Source: Candidatus Gottesmanbacteria bacterium GW2011_GWA2_43_14 (GTDB lineage: Bacteria > Patescibacteriota > Microgenomatia > 2-02-FULL-39-11). From it: 64,000 nt of DNA. This document shows, piece by piece, positions 1 to 8,295 of this stretch; positions within the stretch are counted from its first letter, which is position 1; each line of letters opens with the position of its first letter. The notes beneath the pieces are model-generated. The model worked only from the letters and a program-made list of their open reading frames with translations. It was not told the origin of the DNA and made no database searches. The translations under genes were made by a program, and so were the position numbers. Where the stretch lies: NCBI GenBank assembly GCA_000999095.1, contig LCFP01000012.1, positions 4,140 through 68,139 on the forward strand. Reading direction: 5' to 3'.

Positions 1-776
1 CAGTTGACCGGGTACGTCTTTGGAATACAGCCGGTCCGACAAATGATCCCGATTACCGTCTGGGGGACGATTTCAAGAACATTGCTCTCCATGGAAGTTT
101 AGTTGGCAATTCTTTGCAGCTTTTATCTAGCGGCAATCTGGAAATTGGGAGCGATATCAACAGCAATACGAATATCACTCATACCAAGATAACCTATGCC
201 GATCTGTCACTGTTTCAGATCGGACCTGATGAATATGCAAATCTCTGGCAGACCGACTACGACAATTTAAACTGGCAGGTTATGGGCGGACAACTTTACC
301 AATTCGGACAAAACGGAGTGCCTGTGGCTGATACCGTCTGGTATAACCACGCATCCAACCGAAACTTAAGCGGTTCGCCACAAACCGGAGCAGATGATAA
401 ATTCAGAAGTTTCAAAGCTTCGGATCCGAATTTCCTGGCTATACTCGATTCAAGCTCGTTTTGGGATAAATCGACAGATATAAACGTGCAGATTTGGGCC
501 AGAAAAATGTCGACTGATGGAGGAACTGTTAATCAGACCTGTACGATAAAGAAAACCGGCAAAAAAAGTAAAAACGTTTGTGTCAATATCAGTAAAAACA
601 TATTGCGCATAAAGATAAACCAGACAAGCAATATTACCAACGATATACGGGGTTATGCCACATCCGGTAAAAATACAATAAACGGAACCGGAGGAACTAT
701 TAAAACCGGAAATGCGACGGTAAATATAACGGTCAATAATTCGGTCAACAGGTCAAGGATCATCATAGGAAGGTGA
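1..776 (+). CDS. Asn-rich secreted/surface protein, C-terminal part. Hypothetical.
   Basis: The frame of ORF 114..776 has no stop back to nt 3, so the gene starts upstream of the window. It is rich in N-x-S/T tripeptides (NIT, NQT, NVS, NGT, NAT). No recognisable domain. Confidence 0.4.
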   Translation, partial: VDRVRLWNTAGPTNDPDYRLGDDFKNIALHGSLVGNSLQLLSSGNLEIGSDINSNTNITHTKITYADLSLFQIGPDEYANLWQTDYDNLNWQVMGGQLYQFGQNGVPVADTVWYNHASNRNLSGSPQTGADDKFRSFKASDPNFLAILDSSSFWDKSTDINVQIWARKMSTDGGTVNQTCTIKKTGKKSKNVCVNISKNILRIKINQTSNITNDIRGYATSGKNTINGTGGTIKTGNATVNITVNNSVNRSRIIIGR

Positions 777-814
777 TCCTTTTAGGAATACTTCGAGCAA
801 TATGAATGAGGGGA

Positions 815-1507
815 TTAATTTCCCCGCACTGCCTGTTCTTTGTCGGGTGCGGTGCCTTGGAAGCGGACCTGGCCGTTTTCGACTCCCAGTTTGTATATAT
901 CGACACTCGGCTGTCTGTCCGCAATGACATCATCGATCAAATTCAGCAATGCAGGAGAGTATTCGGTGATATATTTCTGGGGAATGCTTATATTGGCGAT
1001 TTTCGCTCCGTGGATTTTTATCAGGCTCTGGTTATTTTCAATCGATCCTGAAACTTTTAAATAGACAGGCAAGTTGGTTTTGGGGATTTTGAATTTATTC
1101 ACGCCCTCTGAAATGTCCGCCTGTGCAATCCCTAAGGATACAAGATAATTGACCGCATCCTGATAGCTGACTGTGGCGCTGCCTTCGACTGAGCCGTCAC
1201 TGACAATCCTGATCTGAACATTTCTGAAGGGAAAGTAAGCATAATCATTGTGACGGTTATCAACCAGTGCCGTCAGTTCCTGGCTGGTAAAAGTGGCATC
1301 AACCGGATGGCCTCCCGTGACTAATAAAGTCTGGCCAAGAGGGGTATTTGTGGGCAGCGCTTCCGTGGTCACATTCAATTTGGCTTTAACGGAGCTGAGA
1401 TCTTCGGCAGTATATCTGATACCCAGAGTTTTCGGTCTCATCAGAAAAAAAACCAGGGCAATGCCAATTATTAAATCAACGAGAAGAAAAATCAGGAGTT
1501 TTTTCAT
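815..1507 (-). CDS. Membrane-anchored hypothetical protein
   Basis: 230-aa ORF with an N-terminal hydrophobic helix (MKKLLIFLLVDLIIGIALVFFL). No recognisable catalytic motif. Confidence 0.4.
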   Translation of the reverse strand: MKKLLIFLLVDLIIGIALVFFLMRPKTLGIRYTAEDLSSVKAKLNVTTEALPTNTPLGQTLLVTGGHPVDATFTSQELTALVDNRHNDYAYFPFRNVQIRIVSDGSVEGSATVSYQDAVNYLVSLGIAQADISEGVNKFKIPKTNLPVYLKVSGSIENNQSLIKIHGAKIANISIPQKYITEYSPALLNLIDDVIADRQPSVDIYKLGVENGQVRFQGTAPDKEQAVRGN

Positions 1508-1549
1508 TGATTAATATTATCATATCGAGAATGCATTGTTTAGTTGACT

Positions 1550-2338
1550 CTATTGGCAGTCGGAGTCGCAGGCGAAACCATCCCCGTCGCCGTCCCTTCC
1601 GGTACAGCCGCAATTAACCAGCTGGAATTGGGCTTCGGCGCAGGAGGTCATTTTGGCACACGATTTGCTGCAGTCGCAGATATATAAGGAAGCATCTCCG
1701 CCTGGTTCTGAAGTAGTCACGGGAGTCGGTTGAATTTCGCAGGCCGATCCCCATAATCCTTTCTGTTCTTCACGGGCGAGGCGCTGGGCTTCCATAAATC
1801 TTTCCTGGTATTTCACATCAGGCTGGTAAGTGTACGAATAGGCATAGCCTTCGCGGATGAGGATTTCATTTACCAGTTCTTCTCCGAGCCAAATGTATCT
1901 AAGGAGCCTGCCGTATCTGTCTTTTTCGGAAATATCCTTTTCCAACCTCACCAGTTTTCCTTCAACCAATTCTGTGTTTTTATCAGAAGCTTCTTTGGCG
2001 AAGCATTGGAGTGCTTTGGCCGGATGGACTGATTCCGGAGTATCGATGCCGATATACCTGACCGTTTCTCCGGTTTCTATTTTCACCGTGTCGCCGTCAA
2101 CGACGTTTACTACTCTGACTAAATCAGCATCATCAACGGTTGTCGTGGAAGGTTCCGGAGTCAGCATTTCGGCCGGACTGCCAGAAGGAGCGGGCGGATC
2201 GATTTTCTCGGGAGTGGGGGAAACTGAAGGGGAAGGGGTGAGGGACGGGGAGGATGAGGCGACTTCCGGGCCGGATTTGGCGGTTATTAAATTTGCCAGG
2301 ATGAAGAAAATCAGGAGTATGCCGAGTATTATTTTCAC
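1550..2338 (-). CDS. Secreted thermonuclease (Staphylococcal nuclease (SNase) family) with a C-terminal Excalibur Ca-binding domain
   Basis: Signal/TM N-terminus and a Pro/Ser/Thr linker. SNase motifs are present: VVDGDTVKI, RYIGIDTPE, DRYGRLLRYIW, VNEILIREGYA, GLWG. The C-terminus is Cys-rich with DGDGDGFACDSDC, an Excalibur-like signature. Confidence 0.8.
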   Translation of the reverse strand: MKIILGILLIFFILANLITAKSGPEVASSSPSLTPSPSVSPTPEKIDPPAPSGSPAEMLTPEPSTTTVDDADLVRVVNVVDGDTVKIETGETVRYIGIDTPESVHPAKALQCFAKEASDKNTELVEGKLVRLEKDISEKDRYGRLLRYIWLGEELVNEILIREGYAYSYTYQPDVKYQERFMEAQRLAREEQKGLWGSACEIQPTPVTTSEPGGDASLYICDCSKSCAKMTSCAEAQFQLVNCGCTGRDGDGDGFACDSDCQ

Positions 2339-2419
2339 CGAAGAAATTATAGAACATAAAAAGAAATAATTAAAAGGGGATTGACAGGACGTGATAATTG
2401 AGCTAACCTATTCGGAAAC

Positions 2420-2467
2420 ATGGATATATCGGCAGGCTCAACCATTACCACTACTACCTTCTTTTAA
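2420..2467 (+). CDS. Putative Thr-rich leader peptide (MDISAGSTITTTTFF)
   Basis: A 15-codon ORF with five Thr in six codons (acc att acc act act acc). Its stop codon directly abuts a G-run that can pair with the 5' strand of a downstream terminator. Confidence 0.45.
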   Translation: MDISAGSTITTTTFF

Positions 2468-2468
2468 A

Positions 2469-2520
2469 GGGGGGTTCCGGCAGTGGCAGATGAGGACCTC
2501 CCCATAAGGGAGGTTTTTTT
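2469..2520 (+). promoter_or_regulatory. Attenuator. The hairpin GGGGGGUUCC/GGACCUCCCC (2469-2503) and the intrinsic terminator CCUCCC-cauaa-GGGAGG+U7 (2496-2520) are mutually exclusive.
   Basis: Base pairing read directly from the sequence. The terminator sits 88 nt upstream of the tdh start, with no upstream + strand gene to terminate. Confidence 0.5.
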
Positions 2521-2608
2521 AATGCATGAAATGTCACAAAATTATGACTAAATATATGTCTGGTTTTATTTTTTCCGGTTTATTATTTACAAAAACAGGA
2601 GGGAAAAT

Positions 2609-3559
2609 ATGAAAAAAATATTGGTGACAGGGGCTTTCGGACTGGTCGGTTCTGACCTGGTTGTCGAATTGGGCAGGAAATACGGCCATGACAACGTCGT
2701 CCTTTTGGCCCACGAGACTAAACGGCAGGTCGATTTCCCCCTTGAGAAAGGCGATGTAAGGGACAAAAGCACACTTGCAAAAATCATCAAAAAATATAAC
2801 GTGGGACAGATTTACCACCTGGCCGGACTACTGTCTGTCGGAGGCGAAAAAAATCCACCCCTTGCCTGGGACATCAATATCAACGGACTGAGAAATGTGC
2901 TGGATTTGGCGGTTAACCATAAATGCAGACTTTTCTGGCCGAGCTCGATTGCTGTCTTCGGGCCGACCACACCAAGGGACAAGACACCACAGCATACGGT
3001 CCTCGAACCGACGACCATGTACGGCGTCACTAAACTGGCCGGTGAACTTCTATGCCAATACTATTTTTTAAAATACGGCCTGGATGTCAGAAGCCTCAGG
3101 TATCCGGGGCTGATCGCTTACAAAGCGCCGCCGGGGGACGGCACCACAGAGTATTCCGTGCATATCTTTTACGGGGCTTTGAAAAATAAATCGTACAGCT
3201 GTTTTCTGAAAAAGGGCACCGTGCTGCCGATGATGTTTATAACTGATGCCGTTACCGGAACAATCGGCCTGATGGAAGCGGACCCGGGAAAAATTTCGGT
3301 CCGCACCAGTTACAATTTTTCGGCCATTAATTTCGCTCCGGAAGAACTGGTCCTTGAGATAAAAAAACACATGCCGGAGTTTAAATGCAGTTATAAGCCT
3401 GACCACAGGCAGAAGATTGCCGATTCCTGGCCGAAATCAATCGATGACGCCGTTGCCCGGAAAGACTGGGGCTGGCGGCATGAATACAATTTGCCCAGGA
3501 TGACCACAGTGATGCTAGAAAAATTAAAAGAAAAGTTGTCCCGGATGAAATCGGGATAG
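2609..3559 (+). CDS. tdh: L-threonine 3-dehydrogenase of the SDR / UDP-glucose-4-epimerase-like type
   Basis: Rossmann motif GAFGLVGS. It aligns closely along its length with epimerase-like TDH: RYPGLI, GDGTTEYSV, LPMMFITD, and a WGW..Y.L C-terminus. Confidence 0.85.
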   Translation: MKKILVTGAFGLVGSDLVVELGRKYGHDNVVLLAHETKRQVDFPLEKGDVRDKSTLAKIIKKYNVGQIYHLAGLLSVGGEKNPPLAWDININGLRNVLDLAVNHKCRLFWPSSIAVFGPTTPRDKTPQHTVLEPTTMYGVTKLAGELLCQYYFLKYGLDVRSLRYPGLIAYKAPPGDGTTEYSVHIFYGALKNKSYSCFLKKGTVLPMMFITDAVTGTIGLMEADPGKISVRTSYNFSAINFAPEELVLEIKKHMPEFKCSYKPDHRQKIADSWPKSIDDAVARKDWGWRHEYNLPRMTTVMLEKLKEKLSRMKSG

Positions 3560-3573
3560 AAAAGGAAAAAATT

Positions 3574-4818
3574 ATGTCCAAGCTGAATTTTTATAAAGTT
3601 TTAGAGGCAGAGTTGAAAAGGGTAGATGAAGCGAAAGTGGCCAAGAGGCAGGAGAAGGTCATCGAGAAGTTCAATGACGATTTCTTTCCCAAAGCCGTCA
3701 TAAACGGCCGGGAATATGCAATCTTTAACTCCAATGATTATCTGGGGTTGAGGTTTTTCGAGGAACTCCGAAGCGGCGAGGCCGAGGCAGCGGGAAAGTA
3801 CGGCACGGGGCCCGGCGCTGTCAGATTTATCTCCGGGACGATGAAGGTTTATAAGGATCTGGAGAAAAAAGTCGCCGGCTTCCATTACCGGGAAGAGGCC
3901 ATGGTTTTCTCCTCCGCCTTTGCGGCAAATCTGGCTGTTATTGCCTGCTTGAGCAAAGGACAGAGTAAGGATTCGCTTCTGTCGGGTCAGACTCTGATTG
4001 TTTCCGATGAGCTGAACCACAGAAGCATTATCGACGGGGTGAGGGTAGCCGGCCTTGCCAAAGAGCAAAAACTTATATACAAACATCTGGATTATGCTTC
4101 TTTGGAACAGGTTTTGGAGGAGAATCTGGGTAAGTTCAAACGCGTATTGGTAGTAACCGACGGCATCTTCAGCATGCTGGGGGAATATGCCGATGTCGGC
4201 AGGCTGGAGAAAATCTGCAGGCAGTTTAACGGCAGGTTTGAGGAAGGGGTATTCCTGATCGTCGATGACAGCCACGGGGTGGGTGCCTGCGGGGAAAGCG
4301 GACGGGGCTGCGAGGAACTGACTGGCGGGAAGGCGGATATACTGGTTGGCACTTTCGGCAAAGCCTTCGGCAGCGACGGGGGATATGCGGTCGGGAATAA
4401 AATCCTGATCGACTATCTGCGGGAAGCGGCTGCAACTTATATCTATTCCAATTCCATTTCGCCGGGAGTGGCCGGGGCTGCTTTGGCGGCGGTCAGGCTG
4501 GTCGATTCTGCCAAAGGCAAAAAGCTTTTGCGGCAGCTGGAGGAAAATATCAGTCTTTTTAAAAAACTGATGAAAAAGTACGGTTTTACCATGGCCGCTG
4601 ATTCCGTACATCCCATCCAGCCGGTCCTGATTGCCGATCCCTTCAAGACAAAAGCGCTGACCGACAAATTGTTTGCCAAAGGATACCTGGTGACCAATAT
4701 CAATTATCCGGTTGTCCCTAAAGGCAAGGATGAGATCCGGGTGCAGATAAGCGCTGCGCAATCAAGGGAAGATATTGAGAAATTTGCGAGAGAGGCGGCC
4801 GCTGCCAGAGAAAGTTAG
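3574..4818 (+). CDS. kbl: 2-amino-3-ketobutyrate CoA ligase (glycine C-acetyltransferase)
   Basis: PLP alpha-oxoamine synthase family: NDYLGL, DELNHRSIIDGVR, DDSHGVG, GTFGKAFG lysine motif, YPVVPKG. Sits directly downstream of tdh. Confidence 0.85.
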   Translation: MSKLNFYKVLEAELKRVDEAKVAKRQEKVIEKFNDDFFPKAVINGREYAIFNSNDYLGLRFFEELRSGEAEAAGKYGTGPGAVRFISGTMKVYKDLEKKVAGFHYREEAMVFSSAFAANLAVIACLSKGQSKDSLLSGQTLIVSDELNHRSIIDGVRVAGLAKEQKLIYKHLDYASLEQVLEENLGKFKRVLVVTDGIFSMLGEYADVGRLEKICRQFNGRFEEGVFLIVDDSHGVGACGESGRGCEELTGGKADILVGTFGKAFGSDGGYAVGNKILIDYLREAAATYIYSNSISPGVAGAALAAVRLVDSAKGKKLLRQLEENISLFKKLMKKYGFTMAADSVHPIQPVLIADPFKTKALTDKLFAKGYLVTNINYPVVPKGKDEIRVQISAAQSREDIEKFAREAAAARES

Positions 4819-5100
4819 GAGGCCAGGGTTTTGCCGTCTTTTTTGAAGTGGCGTTTGTGGACGTCTTCTGTCAGTTCCATGCCTTTTTTCTGAAGTTCTT
4901 CTATTCTTGAGAATGTTTCATCCATTTTATTGACTAATTCTTCGGTGGTTTCCTTTTTCTTTTCCTCGAATTCCCTGATGATTTTATCCTTGACCTGGTT
5001 TGCTTTTGGTGCCTAAGAGGAAAATGGTGAAAGCGCCTACCAGGCCGCCTATAAAGAAGCCGAACCAGAAGTTGCCGGCTTTATTGTTCTCGTTTGTCAT
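4815..5100 (-). pseudogene. YtxH-like membrane protein gene with an apparent +1 frameshift
   Basis: The minus-strand reading MTNENNKAGNFWFGFFIGGLVGAFTIFLLGTKSKPGQG* stops early. The -1 frame continues APKANQVKDKIIREFEEKKKETTEELVNKMDE...KTLAS*. Joining them at tta-g-gca restores the YtxH consensus (GxxxGxxxGLLxAPK). The shift lies near 5010-5016. Confidence 0.55.
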
Positions 5101-5359
5101 CTTTTTTTTCCTTTTTGCCCGAGAACATTTTGAAGATGGAGAAGACCGCGTTTACGCCGTCGCCGAAACCGCTCAATTTTTCAAAGGATTTGCCCAGGTT
5201 GCCGGTCATATTGACGGCTCCGTCGACCATGGTATTGAATTTCATGAGCATTTTACGGATTTCACCGAGGATCTGGAAGATCTGCCAACCGATAAAGACA
5301 AGCAGGACGGTCAGGATGGTGACGACGGCAAAGAGCAGGATTTGGGTCGGATCAATCAT
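5081..5359 (-). CDS. Small N-terminally anchored membrane protein, DUF948/YtxG-like
   Basis: 92 aa with an N-terminal TM helix and a C-terminal Lys/Glu-rich tail. Adjacent to the ytxH-like gene, as in the Bacillus ytxG-ytxH arrangement. Confidence 0.4.
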   Translation of the reverse strand: MIDPTQILLFAVVTILTVLLVFIGWQIFQILGEIRKMLMKFNTMVDGAVNMTGNLGKSFEKLSGFGDGVNAVFSIFKMFSGKKEKKDDKREQ

Positions 5360-5447
5360 TTGATGGTAGATTTAATTCTAATTTTTGACAGGGCGTAAGT
5401 CAACTGTCGCAACCGAAAAATATGGGTTTATCTTTTTCAATCATAAT

Positions 5448-5503
5448 CCCGGATGTGTCTAGCTATATCACACCTGGTGTGATACGGAGGGGGGATGGGA
5501 TTT
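5448..5503 (+). repeat. Copy 1 of a roughly 50-nt intergenic repeat that contains the 17-bp perfect palindrome ATCACACCTGGTGTGAT
   Basis: cccggatgtgtctagctatatcacacctggtgtgatacgg(aggggg)gatgggatt. Matches in reverse orientation at 62594-62643, and its core matches 10078-10105. Confidence 0.85.
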
Positions 5504-6146
5504 AGTCGGCGGGGTCGACGGAGACGGTGCGGGTGAGTGTTTTCTTCTTGCCGAATTTGCTGATGGATTCGATGACTATGGTATTGACTCCCTCTTCCAG
5601 GGTAAAACTGGATGAGAATCCGCCATTGTCGTTTAAGGCAATTCTTTTGTTGTTGATCTCGACCACGGCATCGTGATCGGTCTTGCCGACAATTTCTATC
5701 CTCCCGTTTTTCAGGATTTCCCCTTCCTGCGGTTTATCGATAACCAAATTGGGCGGGCTGACATAAGCTTTCAGCTGGAATGACAGGTAGATGAAAAACA
5801 AAAGGAGGAAGGAGGCGAAAATAATAATGGTGATATTTTGCGGGGTAAAGCGGAAAACCGGTTCGTTGAGAGGTTTGCTGATACCCTCGGGCAGAATATC
5901 GTCGTCCTCATCGTATTCATACTGGCGGCGGAAAACGGCAACAATTTCTTCCGGTTTCAACTCCAGAAATTTGCTGTAGTTTCTAAGGAAGCCTTTGATA
6001 TAGGGGAGCGAGGGCAGTTTCACCCAGGCATTATCCTCCAGAGCCGCCAGGTATTTTTTCCTGATTTTGATCTGGTTTTCAACTTCATCAAGAGTAAGCC
6101 TTTTTTCCAGGCGGGCCTTTTTCAGAATTTCACCAACAGTACGCAT
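5502..6146 (-). CDS. rodZ: RodZ-like cytoskeleton/HTH membrane protein
   Basis: N-terminal XRE-type HTH (LTLDEVENQIKIRKKYLAALEDN), a central TM helix, and a C-terminal beta-rich domain. Confidence 0.6.
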   Translation of the reverse strand: MRTVGEILKKARLEKRLTLDEVENQIKIRKKYLAALEDNAWVKLPSLPYIKGFLRNYSKFLELKPEEIVAVFRRQYEYDEDDDILPEGISKPLNEPVFRFTPQNITIIIFASFLLLFFIYLSFQLKAYVSPPNLVIDKPQEGEILKNGRIEIVGKTDHDAVVEINNKRIALNDNGGFSSSFTLEEGVNTIVIESISKFGKKKTLTRTVSVDPAD

Positions 6147-6172
6147 GAAATAGCGGTTTTAAACGAAATGAT

Positions 6173-8197
6173 TTAGGCAGCAGGCTCCGGTTCGTTTTTA
6201 CCGGCGAAAAACTCATCAGGGTTTTTAACCAGGACGTCTCTGGGTTTGGACCCTTCGGCCATGCCGACAATTCCTTCCGCTTCAAGCTGGTCCAAGACCC
6301 TGGCCGCCCGGGCGTAGCCTATTGATAATCTTCTCTGCAGTAAAGAGGCGGAAGCGCGGTCATACTGGCAGACTACCCGGACAGCCTGTTCAAATAACGC
6401 GTCATGGCCGTCTTCGCCCGTGGTGCCGGCGGGGCCACCGGCGCCTTTTTTCCAGGTGGGCGCCATGGAAGTGACTTCCTCGGTATATTCAACCGGCACA
6501 TTTTTGTTTTTCATATATTCAACCAGTTTGGCAATTTCGCCTTCGTTGACATAAGTACCCTGGATGCGGGTCGGTTTGGCCTGGTCGGGCGGGATATAAA
6601 GCATGTCACCCCGGCCTAAAAGTTTCTCGGCTCCCGGCATGTCGATAATCACCCGGGAATCGATCATCGAGGAAACGTTGAAGGCGATACGGGAAGGGAT
6701 ATTGGCTTTGATCAGGCCTGTTATAACATCAACGGAAGGCCGTTGGGTGGCCACAACCAAATGGATGCCGGTGGCCCGGGCCATCTGGGCAATACGACAG
6801 ATGGAATCCTCGACCTCGACGGGAGCGTAGGACATGAGGTCAGCCAGTTCGTCGATAAAGATAATGATATAAGGCAAGGCCTGGAAACCGGACAATTCGT
6901 TGTAGTGGTCGATATTCCTGACGCCGACTTCGGAGAAGAGCTTGTAACGGCGGTCCATCTCTGACATGGACCACTTGAGGGCGGAGAGAATTTTGTCAGG
7001 TTCGACAATGACCGGTGTCAAAAGGTGGGGAATATCCTTATATAAGGTAAGCTCGACTCTTTTGGGATCAACCAATATCAGTCTGACTTCGCTGGGGCTG
7101 TTTCGGAAGAGGATGGATGCGATCCAGGAATTGATGAGAACCGACTTGCCTGAGCCGGTCGTACCGGCTATAAGAACGTGAGGCATTTTGGCGATGTTGC
7201 CGACTACGGGACTGCCGGAAACATCCAGTCCCAGGGCAACTAGTAATTTATTCTTGCCCCGCTTCATGGAATCGCTGGACAGCATCTGTTTGACGGTGAC
7301 GAATTCGAGGGAGCGGTTTCCCAGGGCAATTTCCAGGGCATACTGGGTAACGGCCGGTCCTAAATTGACTTCGACCACCCGGGCATTGATGCCGAAACTT
7401 TCCAGAGTCTGTTCAATGGTTTGGGCGTTTTGCTTCATGTCACCCCGGTCGGCTTTCTGTCCGGGAGCAGAAGCAAGAAGCGATAAAGGCGGGTATTCCC
7501 AAACTTCTTCGGAGGCATTGAGATTGGTGACCACAGACGATCCCAAATCTCCGGGAGTTCCGGGCAGTTGGGCAGGAGCTTTTGGCGCTTTGGATTTTTC
7601 CCTGTCACTGATTTCTTTTTCAATCGGCGTATTTGTCAGTCTCGGGACGGGCGGCGGACGGATGGGCAGTTTATCGGCAAAAAGGTCTTTTTTCTTGGTT
7701 TTGACCGGGAGCTTTTCAAACAGTTCTAAAACGGATTCGGCGACTTTGACGATTTCCGCCAGAGAAATGTCAAAAAGCACCATCAGCCCCACAAAAAGCA
7801 TCAGGGAAATCATGACAAAAGAGCCGATTTCCGAGATGCGGTCGCTCGCAATCAGCCAGATAAAAGTACCCACCACTCCGCTTTGGGTCAAACCGCTCAA
7901 ACAGAAAAAAACCAAAAGAAGGCCAAGAAGGATATTGGGCCGGGTCAGGGAAATTTTGAGTTTCAGAAAGGACAAAGAAAAAGTGAGACCAAGTATGGGC
8001 AGGAGATATTTCATGACGCCGAAATAGTAGTCGGCCGTAAATTGCAGACTGTCCAAAACAGAGCCCTGCTGAAAAAAGCTGAGGGTCAGTAAAATCGATC
8101 CGATTATAAGAAACAGGGAGAGCAGGGAAAAGATAGTGCCTTTTCTCGGTTTGAGGATTGATTTCCTTCTTCTTCTGTAGTGTCTGCGTTTAGCCAT
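6173..8197 (-). CDS. ftsK: DNA translocase FtsK/SpoIIIE
   Basis: N-terminal TM helices, Walker A GTTGSGKS, and a C-terminal gamma winged-helix (LFEQAVRVV...QRRLSIGYARAARVLDQLE). Confidence 0.9.
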   Translation of the reverse strand: MAKRRHYRRRRKSILKPRKGTIFSLLSLFLIIGSILLTLSFFQQGSVLDSLQFTADYYFGVMKYLLPILGLTFSLSFLKLKISLTRPNILLGLLLVFFCLSGLTQSGVVGTFIWLIASDRISEIGSFVMISLMLFVGLMVLFDISLAEIVKVAESVLELFEKLPVKTKKKDLFADKLPIRPPPVPRLTNTPIEKEISDREKSKAPKAPAQLPGTPGDLGSSVVTNLNASEEVWEYPPLSLLASAPGQKADRGDMKQNAQTIEQTLESFGINARVVEVNLGPAVTQYALEIALGNRSLEFVTVKQMLSSDSMKRGKNKLLVALGLDVSGSPVVGNIAKMPHVLIAGTTGSGKSVLINSWIASILFRNSPSEVRLILVDPKRVELTLYKDIPHLLTPVIVEPDKILSALKWSMSEMDRRYKLFSEVGVRNIDHYNELSGFQALPYIIIFIDELADLMSYAPVEVEDSICRIAQMARATGIHLVVATQRPSVDVITGLIKANIPSRIAFNVSSMIDSRVIIDMPGAEKLLGRGDMLYIPPDQAKPTRIQGTYVNEGEIAKLVEYMKNKNVPVEYTEEVTSMAPTWKKGAGGPAGTTGEDGHDALFEQAVRVVCQYDRASASLLQRRLSIGYARAARVLDQLEAEGIVGMAEGSKPRDVLVKNPDEFFAGKNEPEPAA

Positions 8198-8295
8198 AGG
8201 CAGTGATTTATTATATCAGAGTAGGCTCTGCATAAAACATCCTATAGTATTTATAAGGGAATGTCAAGAGCAGCAGTCCATGCTAAAATACTCGC

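Noticed and set aside
806-1064. ORFs 806..1051 and 840..1064 (+)
   Set aside because: They lie fully antisense inside the better-supported 815..1507 minus-strand gene. No motifs.
2469-2503. Possible SRP (4.5S) RNA, because of a GGCAGAUGA-like stretch in the tdh leader
   Set aside because: The conserved domain IV elements (GGAA tetraloop closing a symmetric loop, AGCAGCC, and so on) are missing. The region is better explained as an antiterminator/terminator.
5000-5398. ORFs 5000..5398 and 5094..5363 (+)
   Set aside because: Antisense to the DUF948 and ytxH-like genes. Low-complexity translation.
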